A DNA stretch of 54,449 bases, taken from an uncultured virus (IMG/VR IMGVR_UViG_3300021387_000053) (taxonomy: Duplodnaviria > Heunggongvirae > Uroviricota > Caudoviricetes). This document shows positions 31,746-44,483 of the stretch, piece by piece. Location: IMG/VR virus record IMGVR_UViG_3300021387_000053. One strand, 5' to 3'. Made by a program: the position numbers and the translations under genes. Each line of letters opens with the position of its first letter. Position 1 is the stretch's first letter. Below the pieces are notes generated by a model. That model did not search any database. It was not told the origin of the DNA and worked only from the letters and a program-made list of their open reading frames with translations.

Positions 31746-33083
31746 TCACAGTTCCTCAATTGTATCAGCAGACAAACTATTAATCTCGCCGGAAGCAACA
31801 AGCTGATCAACTGCGATTCCAGCAAGTACCTTGTAGGAGTGGTTCTTGTACTTGTAAGCCGCAAAGCTCCTGCGGTTCACAATGCGGAGTACAACACCTT
31901 CACGAACATGAGTCTTACCGATGGGATCTGGCCCATCGTAGTACTGTTTGGCTTTCTCCATCACATACTCGCCAGGATCAGCGCAGTCATCAGGAATGCG
32001 GAAGGTTTCACACTCAGGCACGTACTTAACGCCCATGTCTTCACACCGTGCCTTGATCTGATCGGGACTGTACTCCATCACATGTCCGTCTTCCGTAGTC
32101 AGAGTAATGCGGTAAACGTACATCTCGCAGCAAGGCGGGTCATCAGTGTATCCGTTATTCTGCTTGCATCCGTAAGAAAACTCGGACACCCCGCCATACT
32201 GCTTGACGAAGTCCTTGTCGTTCAGTTTCTTGTTGTCAACGGTTGGACGAATGGGATGTCCGCCCTTTCCAACATAACCGACGATCTCGTAGAAGACTTC
32301 CTCGCCCTTGTAGAGCTTGCCCTTCAACTTGTCTGCCATCGCAAAGCGGAACTCGTTGCTCCCATAGAACCCACCGTCAGGAGAATTCAGAACAACACGC
32401 CGTGTTCCGTTCACAATCTCCCAGTCCGTAGTCGTTTTGGCTTTCAGATGAAGCAGTTTCTGCAGCCAGTTCCTCTTGGCAACATGAGTGACGGGGAAGT
32501 AGCCAGTCCGATGAGAAGTCCCATCCAGTTTAACCGTGATCTGAACTGTATCGCCGGGGCGGAAAGCAGAGAGAGACTTATCGAGATGAGCTGTATCAAT
32601 ATGTTCTGCAAACTGAGGACAATTGATATGCGAAACAGCCTTGTCATTGCCACCGCTCTTTCCAGAGGTCGCTGTAATCTTGGGAAGATACTTCTGAGCG
32701 ATCACAATCCCATTCAGAACCTCAATCCGATCTCCTTCCTTCAGAGAGGAGACATCAGTAAAGCCTTCCAGACTCTCAAGTTTCAGAGCCAGTCCGTCAG
32801 ATTTACTCTTGCGGATGTTGATTGCTTTGACTGCCCTGGACTTCTCAAGGTAACCGCCAACATTTTTGCCTTCCGCATCAAGTTTGCGGATCAGGTTGTT
32901 CTTCTCAGCAAACTCTTCGCCGATCTGAGTGCCGGCCATGAAGTAGATGACCAGTTCTCCCTCATTATAGGAATTATCCACGATAACGTTGTCATCGAAA
33001 CAACGTCCGATCAGAAGACGATCCGAATTAGGAAGCGGACTCAATCCTTTAATTTTAGTAATGTAGCCACAATAGTCGGACAT
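31746..33083 (-). CDS. RNA ligase (Rnl2/DRB0094-like)
   Basis: Motif I TVKLDGT, FYEIVG, REGVV and YKYK; N-terminal OB-like domain. Confidence 0.85.
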   Translation of the reverse strand: MSDYCGYITKIKGLSPLPNSDRLLIGRCFDDNVIVDNSYNEGELVIYFMAGTQIGEEFAEKNNLIRKLDAEGKNVGGYLEKSRAVKAINIRKSKSDGLALKLESLEGFTDVSSLKEGDRIEVLNGIVIAQKYLPKITATSGKSGGNDKAVSHINCPQFAEHIDTAHLDKSLSAFRPGDTVQITVKLDGTSHRTGYFPVTHVAKRNWLQKLLHLKAKTTTDWEIVNGTRRVVLNSPDGGFYGSNEFRFAMADKLKGKLYKGEEVFYEIVGYVGKGGHPIRPTVDNKKLNDKDFVKQYGGVSEFSYGCKQNNGYTDDPPCCEMYVYRITLTTEDGHVMEYSPDQIKARCEDMGVKYVPECETFRIPDDCADPGEYVMEKAKQYYDGPDPIGKTHVREGVVLRIVNRRSFAAYKYKNHSYKVLAGIAVDQLVASGEINSLSADTIEEL

Positions 33084-33733
33084 CTTTTCTCTCTCATCCT
33101 TTCTTAGTTGTCACAGTCCGTTATGCAGACGGTGCTGGAGATAACAACCCCATACTTGGTGCAGAGATATGCATAAGTCGCATCCAATTCGTCACGATTG
33201 TTCACCCTGTACCATTCGACCGGGGTTGCCGTTTCACCGATCTCCGTATAATCTTTCTCTGTGTATACGGAAACGCTGAAACTTGTCCCATACTCCGTGG
33301 AGATCACCATATGCCTTTCTGCGTTGCCCCCACGTACCAACGCAAGGTTCTGAGTCTTTCGCATCTGTCTTCCCTCCGTTTGTGAAGTGCGTCTACTTAT
33401 ATAACGCATCGTTTTTTAACGGAAATTAACCTCTTCTGAAAATTTTCTTACAGAATCTAGGCTCATCCAGACGATCTTGTTCGCCCTGTCCAATTTCTGT
33501 GCATCACGGAAGGAAATCTTCCCGGATAAGACAACCAGTCCACCATTGCCATTGTCACGATACGGAATCTGTACCACTCTCTGGCTGTCAATGATGACGG
33601 CAGCATGAGAGACAGCACCTTTGCACACAAATACCATCTTCTTACTACAGGGCAACTGAGACCAAACACTGCGGAACATACTCAACTTCTCCTTTCTGTA
33701 ATTAACAGAGAATTTCCAATAGAATTAGATCGG

Positions 33734-33771
33734 AAAAGGGGAGACGTAAACTTCTTCAGCTTCGTCTCCCC
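33734..33771 (-). terminator. intrinsic terminator
   Basis: GGGGAGACG/CGTCTCCCC stem followed by TTTT on the minus strand. Confidence 0.55.
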
Positions 33772-36700
33772 AGTAGCAAATCGTACTCAATTTTCTGTAC
33801 TCAGATGAGAGATTACTCAATCTCCAAGTAATAATTACCAGTGTGATTGTCCACTTCATCGTTCCGCTTGTCTTCTTCCGGGTCATAGTAGCCAGTCACA
33901 GTCAAGAAATCGACCTTCGTCTCATCGACAAGCTCCTCAAAGAATGTCATCAGCCAATTGATGTCACTCTTGTTCGGGCTGAGAATGCGCTCCCCATCAA
34001 ACCACATATCAGTATGCCCGTCGTTCTTCGCCTTGTTAACCATCGCACCGATAGTTTCAAACACAGAATAGAGTCGGTTGGAGTCCTCATATTCTTTGGA
34101 CTCTTCATGGTCTGGAGAGGACACAACCTTGAAGTCATACTTTTTCAGGTTGACTTCGACTGTCGGATATTCCGCAGTCTTGACAAGCAGGAAAGGAGTC
34201 TTTGCGGAGTCCGTAACTTTCTCCATGCCGATAACATTGTCAAAGTAGAATTCCTGGTTCTCGTCCTTGGGATTGAGTGCAGTAAAAATAATCTTCATAG
34301 TGTTTTCTCCTCTCAAAACGAATACTCATCATCATAGCAAACAAAACCTTCGTACTCGAACTTATCCATATCCTTCATGTATTCCACAATAGCATTTTCG
34401 AGATTAAAAACATGGTTGTTATCGTCAATATACTCTCCAATAGGATAGATTCGAAGCGAATACGGATCGGTAGAACCGCAATAGTTCGCAATCAGTACAG
34501 GGCAGTCTCCGATAAAAGATACTTTGAAAGCAAACCAACACTCGCAATTGTCCACCGTCAATTCTTCAACATTTTTGTCATAACACGCAGCGACGTACTG
34601 TTCCCTGTCAGGATTTTCAGTCAGAATTTTGGCGAATTCAGGGATAAAAAGCTTCTTCATAATCAAAAACTCCTTTTCTCTCTCTTCTTGGACATGGATA
34701 CGACATTGATCAGGACAATTCTCTCCCTGTTCTCCGTTGTCAGGCGGTACACATTGTCTTTTAGCCACAAAAGTTCAATAATGTCAGTGAACTCTGCTGA
34801 CTGACCAGTAGAAAACTTAACAGAATAGGTCATCTTGTTCACCCCCTTCTCAATCTGTCAACACATTCGGCAAGAAAGGATACCGAAACATACATCAGAA
34901 CAAGAATCAACAGCTTCATACCTATTCTCCTTTCAATCTTCGTCCGGCTTCAGATCGTCGGACACAGTAATCCATGCATTCCCGTTCTTGCAGCACTGGA
35001 TCTTCTCAATTCTTCTCAATCCGCATGCTTCGACGGAGATATTGTTTGTTGTGCCACGCCAACCATGATAGCGTTTGACTGAGCTATCTATATTTCCGCC
35101 TATTCCTTCAGGAGATCCTCCGAGACGATAGTAACTATGGCCTGTCCTGATATCCTCATGACGAACCAGAGTAAAAAGCTGACCGACTTCGGGATTGTGG
35201 CGATAGATATCCATTTCCGTAACGATAAACCTCATAATCAATTCTCCTTTTCAAAAATAGACTTGTAAGTCAGGTCAAGAGCCAAGTTTTCTGCTCTTCC
35301 GGCGAGATCACGAAGCTTCTCAGCTTCCTCTGCGTAGGATTTCGCTTCCATTTCATTTGCAATTCCTACAAGTTCTTCCATACATGAAATAATTCGACTA
35401 GAATACTCGCTCATAATAGAATCCTTTCTCCCCGTCACGCCGATAGGGCAGCAAACCGATCAGATAAATCTCCAGTCTTTCCTCTTTGCCCACTCGATAT
35501 ACTCTTCAAGAGGAGTCTGATCCATTCCGTAGATGTAACTGCGGTCAAGGAAGTGCGTCACCTGACACATATCTGAAACTTTCACAAGAAGACGTTTGCT
35601 CCCGAATGTCTTCCTATAAATCCAGTACGGAGTCTCAAGATCGCTGTAATTCTTGATCACAACGATCCAAAATCCGTGTTCACACATGTCCAGAACCTTA
35701 CGGGTCTTCATCTTATTCGGGTTTGCCATATTAATCTCTCCTTTCTCACTCGTAGATATCTACAATCCTCGTCATCCCGTCTTCTTCGATACGAGTAGGG
35801 AAGTGTACGGCGTAGCCGGCCTTCGTCAGGGTTTCCGCAATCGTTTCTGTAAGCTCTCCAAGTACGGGAGTATCTTCCACATTGAATCTCCCATCAGTCA
35901 GGAACAGGAACAGTTCTGCTGCCTTGTCATAAACCTGATCAATCCGTTTGCACTGTTCGTCGGTGAAATCGGACTGGACTGTCTCGTTGTACTGCTTCAT
36001 GATCGTCTTTCCTTTCTTGCTCAAATGGGGCTGATACTGCCAGGGCTGTGCAGTCCCTTTCATCAGTTCGCAGAAGCACTTTTCTGCTTCATCTCTCGTC
36101 TGGAAACTGAAGGTCATTGGGAAGGTCTTGGCATTCTTCTTGGGTTCAATTGTGACATGGTTATACTCAGAACAGGATTCAAGCGTCAGGGGAGTTCCGT
36201 CAGGCATCATGTTCTCAATAAAAACAACATTGTTCATATTCATTCTCCTTTTTTTGTTTGTGCGGAATTTAAAACGGGAAGCGATTGGTTCGCTTCTCGT
36301 CTCATAGGTAAATCATTTTGTAATTCGGCATCCGCCGGAGTAATGTAACAAGGTTCTCAATTCCAGCACTCGCCAAGACTAATAAGAGCATCATTTACTT
36401 CTCCTTCCGTAAGATTTTCTGCTTCAATAGCTCCTGTAAGGGTGTACAATCCGTTCTCATTCTCGAAAATATTGAGAGGATCTGTATCGTTGTAAATCTT
36501 CTGGGCTTCCGGGGACAGATGTAATGCAGTTTCCTGACAGCCGTAACGCTTCTTCATCCTACGATCAACTCCTCAATAATATTTTCCAATTGGATGACTT
36601 CTGCCTGGTCAAGCAAAACTCCCTGACCCTTCCGCATATTAAAATTCTCCTCAATGAGTTCCCAGATCCAGTTGGATTTGCAACCGTACTTCTTGGACAG

Positions 36701-38257
36701 CCGATAGACAACTCGATACGCTCTTGTCATACTTGTTCACCTTCCTTTTCAAACTTCCATCCCTTCGCTTCTGCGAATTGTTTTACTGTCCCTTTCAAGA
36801 ACTCGTAAGTCTCATCAAGAGACTTCCTGTTTTCTTCTCCCAGCTTCTCAAGTATGTCCATGATTTGCTCATAGGTTGCAGGATAGGGGAGAGTTTCTGA
36901 AGATTCTGCAACTTCTAATTCATAACCGCCGTCCAGAACCACGAGGTTATATATCTCTTCCATTTCTTCTCTGGAGAAGAAGTCGTAGTCAATTCCAAGA
37001 CTATCGATAGCATCTCCGACGAGTTCAGTCCCCTCGTCGATCCCGTCATCAGATGCAGCCACAATAATTTCAGTAGCTCCATTGCTTGAAATTTGGAATC
37101 CGCAGAATTCTTTACTGGCGGAAGTCCATTCCGTTTTAAAAGGCTTGCCGGAATCAAGCAGTTCCCTGAGTTTCTGTTCTGCTTCAGGATACAAGTCAGT
37201 CAACCCGTACCTCGTAGCATCCCCTTCACATAATGCAACAGTTTCCTTGGGGAAATGAGGAATTGCGTTTGCAATTTTGATCAGTTCCTCTGCAACTTCC
37301 CGGTAGAAGAAAGGCATACCGTGGGGGTAAGCCTGTTTCAAATCATCGATTACGGTATCAAGAGGAACGTTATAGTAGCAGTCCTCTTCGCATCCATGCT
37401 TCTTCAAAAGAGACAGCGCATAGTCGTGTAGTCCAATCTTGGTTTCGTCGATCTTCTCAATCTTGTTATTCATATTATTTTCTCCTCTCAAATTGTCTCG
37501 TAGGTATAGATGGTTACTTTCTTTTCGCCGGAGATCATCTGGACTTCAATATCGGAAACGTCATATCCAGCCATGTCCGCAAGAACCGTTTTATAATCAC
37601 TAGTCTTTGTTACCTGACAATCCGCAACATAGAAACTGCAATTATCCTCACTGAGAAATTCCTTGCAAGCTCCGAGATAAATCTCCGCATAAGATCTTGC
37701 CTCGTCTTCTGTATAAATGTCCTCACAGGCAATAACTGTTGCGATCTCGCCCTGACAATAGCCATAAGCTCTCGTTGAATTCCACTTTGCTCCAGTTTTG
37801 GTCTCCAACGCAGCGATGACCTTCTCAATAATGTCCTTGTCATCCAGATCCAAATCGTTTTCATTGGCGATCTTTGTAAAATCGTCTGCATTAAAGCCGT
37901 ACAAATCTCCACGCCAATTATTAAGCAGAATAAATAATTCTGTTTTCTGATTTTCCTTGCCGGAGAACATGTAATCATCAAAGAACCAATCGGTTTCCAT
38001 CTGAACAGCAGGAACTTCCTTAAAAATAACCTTAGACATAGTCTTGTCTCCTTCCTTAATCTCTTCAAGCTCTTCTTCACGGACGCAGAGGTCATTATTT
38101 GTCCCATCGAATACCGCAAGCAAATATTCATGTGTTGAGTTCCAACTATACGGAGTGCAAAAATTTCCGTTCTCCTTGATCAATAGTTCGTGGATGTCGG
38201 TGTCGATCTCGTCTCCGTTGTAGCGGAAACGGTATTTCTTTCCGATCTCGATCATAT

Positions 38258-38557
38258 TTATTCTCCTTTCTTAGTCGGATTAGCGAACCTGGGTACAAAC
38301 AAATCTTCGACACGGCAAGTTTCACGATTGATATGGGCATAAATACCGAACCAATCATGGCAAAAGTTTTCATCATCGGCATCCAGCCACTCCTGAAGCC
38401 GGATATCAAATTGATGTGCGGCTACATCGAGATCCATCATGTGATTAAGCCTTTTGTCTACAAACAATCCCATCCGCTCTGCTCTCTCCATGATCTTGTC
38501 CATCAGTTCATGGTCTTCACGGGTCAAGTTCTTTTCAAAAATCGAATACATATTCAT
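38258..38557 (-). CDS. DUF6874-like hypothetical protein
   Basis: MDL...LDADDENFCHDWFGI...FVPRFA pattern. Confidence 0.45.
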   Translation of the reverse strand: MNMYSIFEKNLTREDHELMDKIMERAERMGLFVDKRLNHMMDLDVAAHQFDIRLQEWLDADDENFCHDWFGIYAHINRETCRVEDLFVPRFANPTKKGE

Positions 38558-38801
38558 TTTCCTTTCTGCTCGTATATGTCCGTATCGCCCAGACAATTTG
38601 AAACTAATCAGAAGACGAAGTCCGTATAGACTTCCGTATTGCCCTTGATCAGCCGGCTGTAGCTGATGTCAGAGAACTTTCCGCACTCATACTTCTTAGC
38701 GGTGCGGTCATATTCGCCACGAACGAAGACCTGGCTCTCTTTGGGTTCAGAGATGGGCTTGAGTGTAAAGAACTCACCATTTTTCAGCTGTTTAACAGTC
38801 A

Positions 38802-39182
38802 TTACAGTTCCCTCCACATCCGATTTCCTTTAATCGATTCCAATTCAATAGGGGAGTCGAGCTTAACGATCTCCCCTAATAAGTATCCGTATTTCTTGTG
38901 CTTGCCGTCCCAGTCGTAACGGCTTCCTTTTTCGATTCGGTGAAGACTTTCCCAGAAACGGAAATCTTTTTCAGTTTTGAACTCATAAACACAATCTAAA
39001 TAAGCATAGCCGACAAGCTTCGGCTTTCCATGTCCCGTCAGGATCAACCCCACTCGCTGACCGACGAAACGATTAAGATTGTTATGAGTACGAGTCTCGA
39101 TTACTTTTTCTCTGTTCAGAATCATGTCCATAATCCGCTTGCCACGGATATAGATTCCGTATTCAGCTTCAAACTTTCCCAT
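38802..39182 (-). CDS. ASCH-domain (PUA-like) protein
   Basis: MILNREKVIETR...VGYAYL. Confidence 0.7.
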   Translation of the reverse strand: MGKFEAEYGIYIRGKRIMDMILNREKVIETRTHNNLNRFVGQRVGLILTGHGKPKLVGYAYLDCVYEFKTEKDFRFWESLHRIEKGSRYDWDGKHKKYGYLLGEIVKLDSPIELESIKGNRMWREL

Positions 39183-39498
39183 GACGTTCTCCTTTCTTAG
39201 AATTTTGCAGACACCAGACGAACAAGTTCATCAAGTGCCGTCAGGTATGAATCGCCATCGACGTGAACGGAGTACAAAAGATGTCCGCTGTCCTCGTATA
39301 CAAGAAAGATTTCTCTGTCCTGCCAGATGAAAAGTCTTCTGCGATCCCATTCAGAAAACTTTGCAACATCTTCTTCCGTCCCATGAAAATAGGAGACGTG
39401 AACATCCTTCCGTCTCCCATATTTCTTGATCATTGCGGTTACATCGGCGGCGATTTCTTTCAACTTCGCATCCCGTTCAATAATGCAATCCTGCGTCA

Positions 39499-40386
39499 TT
39501 ACTTATCACCCCCTTTCTCGTCTTCTTCTGCACGGTCACCAAGAATAAGACGGACAGCTTTGTCCGCCTTTCCTGCAGCCCAGACGATCATTTTCTTGTC
39601 TTCCTGAAGTGCCTTGCTCCACCCCTGAATGTAGGCGGCGTTATTGCGGAAACTGCTTTCCGTTTCCAGTCCGCAGAAATTAACCAGAGCAGAAGCTCCA
39701 AGCTCCGCAACCAGTTCTTCTTTGGAGTAGACTTCGTTTCCGAATCTGGAGTTCTCATCCAGTCGATCCAGTCTGGATTTATGTCCCGTCGAATGGGTCA
39801 ACTCATGGAAAGCAGTGCTGTAATACTCAGCAGTCTCAGAAAACTGCCCGATCTCAGGAACTACAACCTTGTCCTGTACACGATTGTAGTAGGCTTCCAT
39901 AGACAGCTTCTGTTCGAAGGTTACGCCGGAACGCTTGACATAATCTTCGATAATCTCGTCAGCTTCCGCATTCAGTTCAGCCACACTCATAGTTTCCTGA
40001 CTTCCTGTGAATCTAGGCTTAATACCTTCGCACTGATCGACATGGAAAACGTTGTAGTACTTCAGCATCGGGATCATCTTAACGATTTCCTCGCCCGTTT
40101 CCTTGTCGGTCTGGGTTGCCTTAATGAAGTTCCAGTAAACCACGATGCTGGATTTCTCACCCTTGCGAACCCGTCCCTTTTCCTTCTGAATCTGCTTGAA
40201 GGTAAGGTATTCTCCGGGTCTGAGTCCTAGGTATAACTGGTTCAGAAGGCTATATCTCTTTCCAGTCACATGGGAGATTGCGAAACGTGCATCTCCACCC
40301 TTCCAAGGCTTCTTCCACGGGATAATTCCCTTATCCATTGCGGAAAGAATGCGATCAGTTACCATTGCATAAACATCAATACTCAT
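39499..40386 (-). CDS. ardC: ArdC-like ssDNA-binding antirestriction protein with zincin domain
   Basis: IPWKKPW, YSLLNQ, YNVFHVDQ, HELTH, YSKEELVAE and AAYIQGW motifs. Confidence 0.88.
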   Translation of the reverse strand: MSIDVYAMVTDRILSAMDKGIIPWKKPWKGGDARFAISHVTGKRYSLLNQLYLGLRPGEYLTFKQIQKEKGRVRKGEKSSIVVYWNFIKATQTDKETGEEIVKMIPMLKYYNVFHVDQCEGIKPRFTGSQETMSVAELNAEADEIIEDYVKRSGVTFEQKLSMEAYYNRVQDKVVVPEIGQFSETAEYYSTAFHELTHSTGHKSRLDRLDENSRFGNEVYSKEELVAELGASALVNFCGLETESSFRNNAAYIQGWSKALQEDKKMIVWAAGKADKAVRLILGDRAEEDEKGGDK

Positions 40387-40388
40387 AC

Positions 40389-42427
40389 TTATGCTCCTTT
40401 CTTTGCCTTACGGCTTATCTTTGCTTCGATACCTTCCAGAAGCTTTTCTCCCGGCGTATCTACATACATGGAAAGATTTCCGTCAAGAAAAAAGTCGCTG
40501 ATTTCATCAACGACTTCCTGTCTTCTTGCAAACATATCATACTGATCGATCAGAATGCGGTAATGATGCATTCCTGCACCATCCCCGTACAAACGAGCCG
40601 TATTGTACTTGCTCACGGCTTCACGGCGAAGCTTCACCAAGTCCTCTGGACAATTATGTGCGATCAGGTACTTTTTTGCAGTCATGTAATCCCTTGCGGC
40701 CTGCTCTACAATTGCTACTGCTAGATCTGCGAACATTATTCCTCACCCCCTTCCGTATACATGGGCAACTTGCTCATGTCAAACTCATAGACGGGATAGA
40801 ACTCGTCTCCGTCTCTGACCATATCAGGGGTTTCCTTCCCGATACCGAGTTTCTCGATAATCGGTACTGCGTAGTTATAAATTGCGGAACAATTTTCCGG
40901 GTAGTCTTTATTTCCGAAGAGATCGGCTGTCAGGTAGTACTGAAGTCCGTTCTCATTGAATGTGATTACGGTAATGTGCAGCTGTCCGAGTACATTTCTG
41001 TTCTTGCTGACGAACAGATACTGTTCGCCAATCTTTGTCATCTTTTCCAGATCAATCTTCATGCCATTCATAAAGATCGGTGTTCCTTTGACCTGATTCC
41101 AGTTTGCATGGCAAACTTTGCACTCTGTATTCCAGTACAGAGCGGAGCAATCCTTTGCTATTTCGATTGCTCTATCCTTCTTGTCGGTGATCTGGAAGGG
41201 TCTTCTACCAACTGACACAATATACTGCTTTGCCATCTTACTTTTCCTCCTTAATATCGCTGAAACTACAGATGTAATCGTTGTCGCACATCTCTTCTTC
41301 CAGTTCCACATTGTGATCATCCACATAATGGTCTGCTTCCTCACGAGCTTCATCCTCGTCATCCGCTTCTACTGTGAACGTCGTGGATTCGGTTCTCGTA
41401 TAGGTAACCTTCCACTTTTTCTTGCCTTTACGGAAGGAATAAAGGCGAGGATATTCCTTCTCACACTTGTCCATCAGTTCCTGAGTGACCGTTTCAAGAT
41501 CATCAGGATTTGCGGTCACAATTTTTTCCTGTTCCGCAGGAGTCAGGGACTGGAAACTGCCGTTGTCCTGTTTGTAGGCAAGGATGGTTGTCCAACGCCA
41601 GTCCTGCCCAAAGTCAAAGTAGGTAACTCCGACTTCAAATCTTGTACCGTTCAGAGAACGGGCAGTCATGATACGGGCAACACGAGCAAGATTCTGATAT
41701 TCTTGTTCATCCGCTCCATAGATTCGAATAACATCCATCTTAGTTAACCCCCTTGTCGTAGCAATAGATATAGAAGTTGTAGTCTCCCTTTCTGGGGATG
41801 CAACGAAGACAGTAGATGAAGTGCTCAGATTCCGAACGGAATCCGTATTCATCTCTCTCAAGGAGAAGTCCCGTTCTGGATTCCTTATACATGGTATAGA
41901 AGTCACTGAGTAAACCTTCACGAAGTTCGTCCACGACTTCGTTAAACTCCTCACGGAATTCTTGAGTCTTGAGGATCATTTCGTGATCAAACCAGCTCGT
42001 CCAGAACTCTTTCCCGCTTCTCCCGAAGTCTCCACGGAGATGTCCAATACAACGACGCTCCGAATCCTGCTTGTCGTTGCCGGAATACAGCCAATCGCTT
42101 TTCCCAGATTCAATAGGCAACCAATTCATATTCGTTTCTCCTTTCTTATTTCAGATCAAGATATCCAAGGTAGTGGATATCAAGGATCTCGTCATCATAG
42201 AGGTTTTCCGTATTCTCGTCATCGAAGTCCAGAAGAACGACATCGTTGTACTTCCACTCATCGACTCCACTGAGTTCCCAGAGATTCCCGTTTGCGTATA
42301 CGAGGAAGAAATCTTCCTCATATACGATTCCGCACACTCTGCCGTAAACCTGATAGGTTTCCGCACAAGATACTCCTACAGACAGGATCAGGATTAGCGC
42401 AGCGACCAAGGCAACAAACTTCTTCAT
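40389..42427 (-). other. five hypothetical early genes (one, 42146-42427, with a signal-peptide-like N-terminus)
   Basis: Coupled ORFs with RBSs. Confidence 0.6.
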
Positions 42428-42987
42428 ACTCGTACTCTTTTCTTGTTCTTCTTGCTCTTTCTGAATGGCTTATCAGAGACTGCGAATCCGTTAGGAATCC
42501 GCATCGCATAGAGTCCAGCGGATTTGAAAAGCGGAAGGTAATCCTTCCGCTTCATATTCCGCTGATAACAGTCACGCTTAGTGACACGACCAATTCCCGT
42601 CCGATCTCCCTCATAGATTGTTACGAGTGCAGTATGAGATGCCGCTCTTTCTATTCCCATGCGAATCGCTTCAAACATCGCTTCGTCATCATCGATCACA
42701 TTCACAACGTTGGATAGCGTTGCAATACTGATAGGGAAGAGAGCCATAGCAAGACGAGCAACGCCCTGTTCGTCTTCGTCCTGATTGTAGGGGTCATATC
42801 CAATGTAGCCCCATCCAAGAGACTTCACTTTTTCACGGATATGGGCGGTCTCTTTCCCGCATCCGATATCGAGAATGTAATGGTCTGGCTTTTCTGCCTT
42901 ACCAATTAGGGATTCCAGATGAGAGAAGAGGAAGGGGAGTTTTCCCGTGTTTACCGATGTGTCCTTACTCGTGTAACGCTGTGCCAT
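42424..42987 (-). CDS. class I SAM-dependent methyltransferase-like protein
   Basis: ILDIGCGK, GYDPY, LSNVVNVI and YQRN motifs. Confidence 0.75.
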   Translation of the reverse strand: MAQRYTSKDTSVNTGKLPFLFSHLESLIGKAEKPDHYILDIGCGKETAHIREKVKSLGWGYIGYDPYNQDEDEQGVARLAMALFPISIATLSNVVNVIDDDEAMFEAIRMGIERAASHTALVTIYEGDRTGIGRVTKRDCYQRNMKRKDYLPLFKSAGLYAMRIPNGFAVSDKPFRKSKKNKKRVRV

Positions 42988-43005
42988 AAGTTTTGATCTC
43001 CTTTC

Positions 43006-43494
43006 TTATTCAAGCCCGAACCTTTTAAGTTGGGCTTTCCATCTCTGAATACCGTTGCCGTCCGCAGTTTCCGTCAGTACTGACAGCCACTTCTGACTCC
43101 AATTAAAAGAGGCTTCAACATCGAAGCCTTTATAGTCATCTTCCACCCACAACCATTTATGATGCCAAATGTACTCTGAGTGTCCTTTCCGAGTCTTTCC
43201 GTCGGGGAAAACCGAAACATAGTCCCCGACAACGGGTTCACGGGCAGTGTCAAAGTCTGGCCCTTCCTGAAAGCTGACCGTCTGAGTATTGGTGTCATAT
43301 TTCAGACAGTTATACTGAAAGTCTGGATACTTCTCATACAGGACAGCTTCCGCATTTATCAGGATTTCCATAGGGATAATCTTGTGTGCATAATTCTTGT
43401 GTGCATATACACAAAAGCACATAACTTTGCCGACTCCGTACTTTGAACGGGTAATACGATTTCCCTTACGGGTTACAACAAATCTTTTTGCCAT
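43006..43494 (-). CDS. hypothetical protein resembling the non-catalytic domain of phosphorothioation-associated putative methyltransferases
   Basis: PDFDTAREP...IWHHKWLWV; adjacent to the MTase gene. Confidence 0.45.
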   Translation of the reverse strand: MAKRFVVTRKGNRITRSKYGVGKVMCFCVYAHKNYAHKIIPMEILINAEAVLYEKYPDFQYNCLKYDTNTQTVSFQEGPDFDTAREPVVGDYVSVFPDGKTRKGHSEYIWHHKWLWVEDDYKGFDVEASFNWSQKWLSVLTETADGNGIQRWKAQLKRFGLE

Positions 43495-43862
43495 ACTTAC
43501 TCCTCCTCGTCATCGTCATACTCACAAGGGGCTTTATCCCACTCTCCTAGGGATTCAAAATGACAGCAAGGATATCTGTCATCTTCCGTCCTGTAACAAT
43601 AAGGACAGTCCTTACAAGTAAGTGCCATAACTCAATCTCCCTTCGTGTATTCCATCAACTTATTTGCCACCGCTTCGACAGCTTCCTGATCTGCCCATTC
43701 ACTGAGCAAATCGTCGAATTTTTCCGCATCCCGTTCAAAATATGCAGCGATTGCCTGACGAGTTACGGAGCGAGGGATTCCGAAGTTAGCCCCGCATGTC
43801 AGGACTTTCTCTGTCTCATTTGCAGTGAGCCAGTTACAAGTTGCCATACTGATTCTCCTTTC

Positions 43863-44483
43863 TTAAATCAGCGGTAACCACTGGGAAGCCATGGCTTCAG
43901 CGATACCGCTAAAAGTTTTACTGCGCTGTTTGGGAGTCTTATGCATTGCGACCCAACTCCCGATTGGGTCAACGACATTTGTCGGGACAAGTTCCGGCAA
44001 ACCTCTCAACCAAAGGAGAGTCCGTTTCGTATACGGATTTCCGTATTCGAAGGGCTGAACTACCTGAGATTCCTTCGGTAGTTCAAAGATCCTCAGCGGA
44101 GTAGGATTCTCTATGCAGAGATGAGAAGCGGAGCAATTGAAAAAGGACATGAAGAACTTCCGACCTTCAAGTCCTTTCTGATAGCGTTCCATATTCAATT
44201 GCCCATGCGGATAGAGATGCGTAGCTCCGCATCTCGTCAAGTATGTGCACGGGGGATGGGCGATTATCAGATCCCATTTCTCAACACGATGCACTTTGCC
44301 GTCCTGAGTGCGGAAAAGTCCGCCATTCAGAAGGGGAAGAACGTCCCCTTTGATGTGCCATTCTGGATGACTTCCGCTACAGTTCTGGATGTCTGCACTA
44401 TAAGCTTCCGCACCAAGTTTGCGGAACGCTTTGCAGACAGCCTGAGATTCTTCACAAGCCACAAGAATTTTCTTTGTTGCCAT
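43863..44483 (-). CDS. short-type DNA cytosine methyltransferase-like protein
   Basis: ILVACEESQ, AHPPCTYL, IENP and RSKTFSGIAEAMASQW motifs. Confidence 0.8.
   Translation of the reverse strand: MATKKILVACEESQAVCKAFRKLGAEAYSADIQNCSGSHPEWHIKGDVLPLLNGGLFRTQDGKVHRVEKWDLIIAHPPCTYLTRCGATHLYPHGQLNMERYQKGLEGRKFFMSFFNCSASHLCIENPTPLRIFELPKESQVVQPFEYGNPYTKRTLLWLRGLPELVPTNVVDPIGSWVAMHKTPKQRSKTFSGIAEAMASQWLPLI

Larger units (their letters stand above)
33104..38817 (-). other. cluster of about 15 hypothetical early genes
   Basis: Coupled ORFs with strong (GA)AAGGAG(AA) RBSs, mostly acidic; no family recognised confidently. Confidence 0.65.

Noticed and set aside
31839..33107. 422-aa plus-strand ORF
   Set aside because: Antisense shadow of the RNA ligase gene, explained by codon bias.
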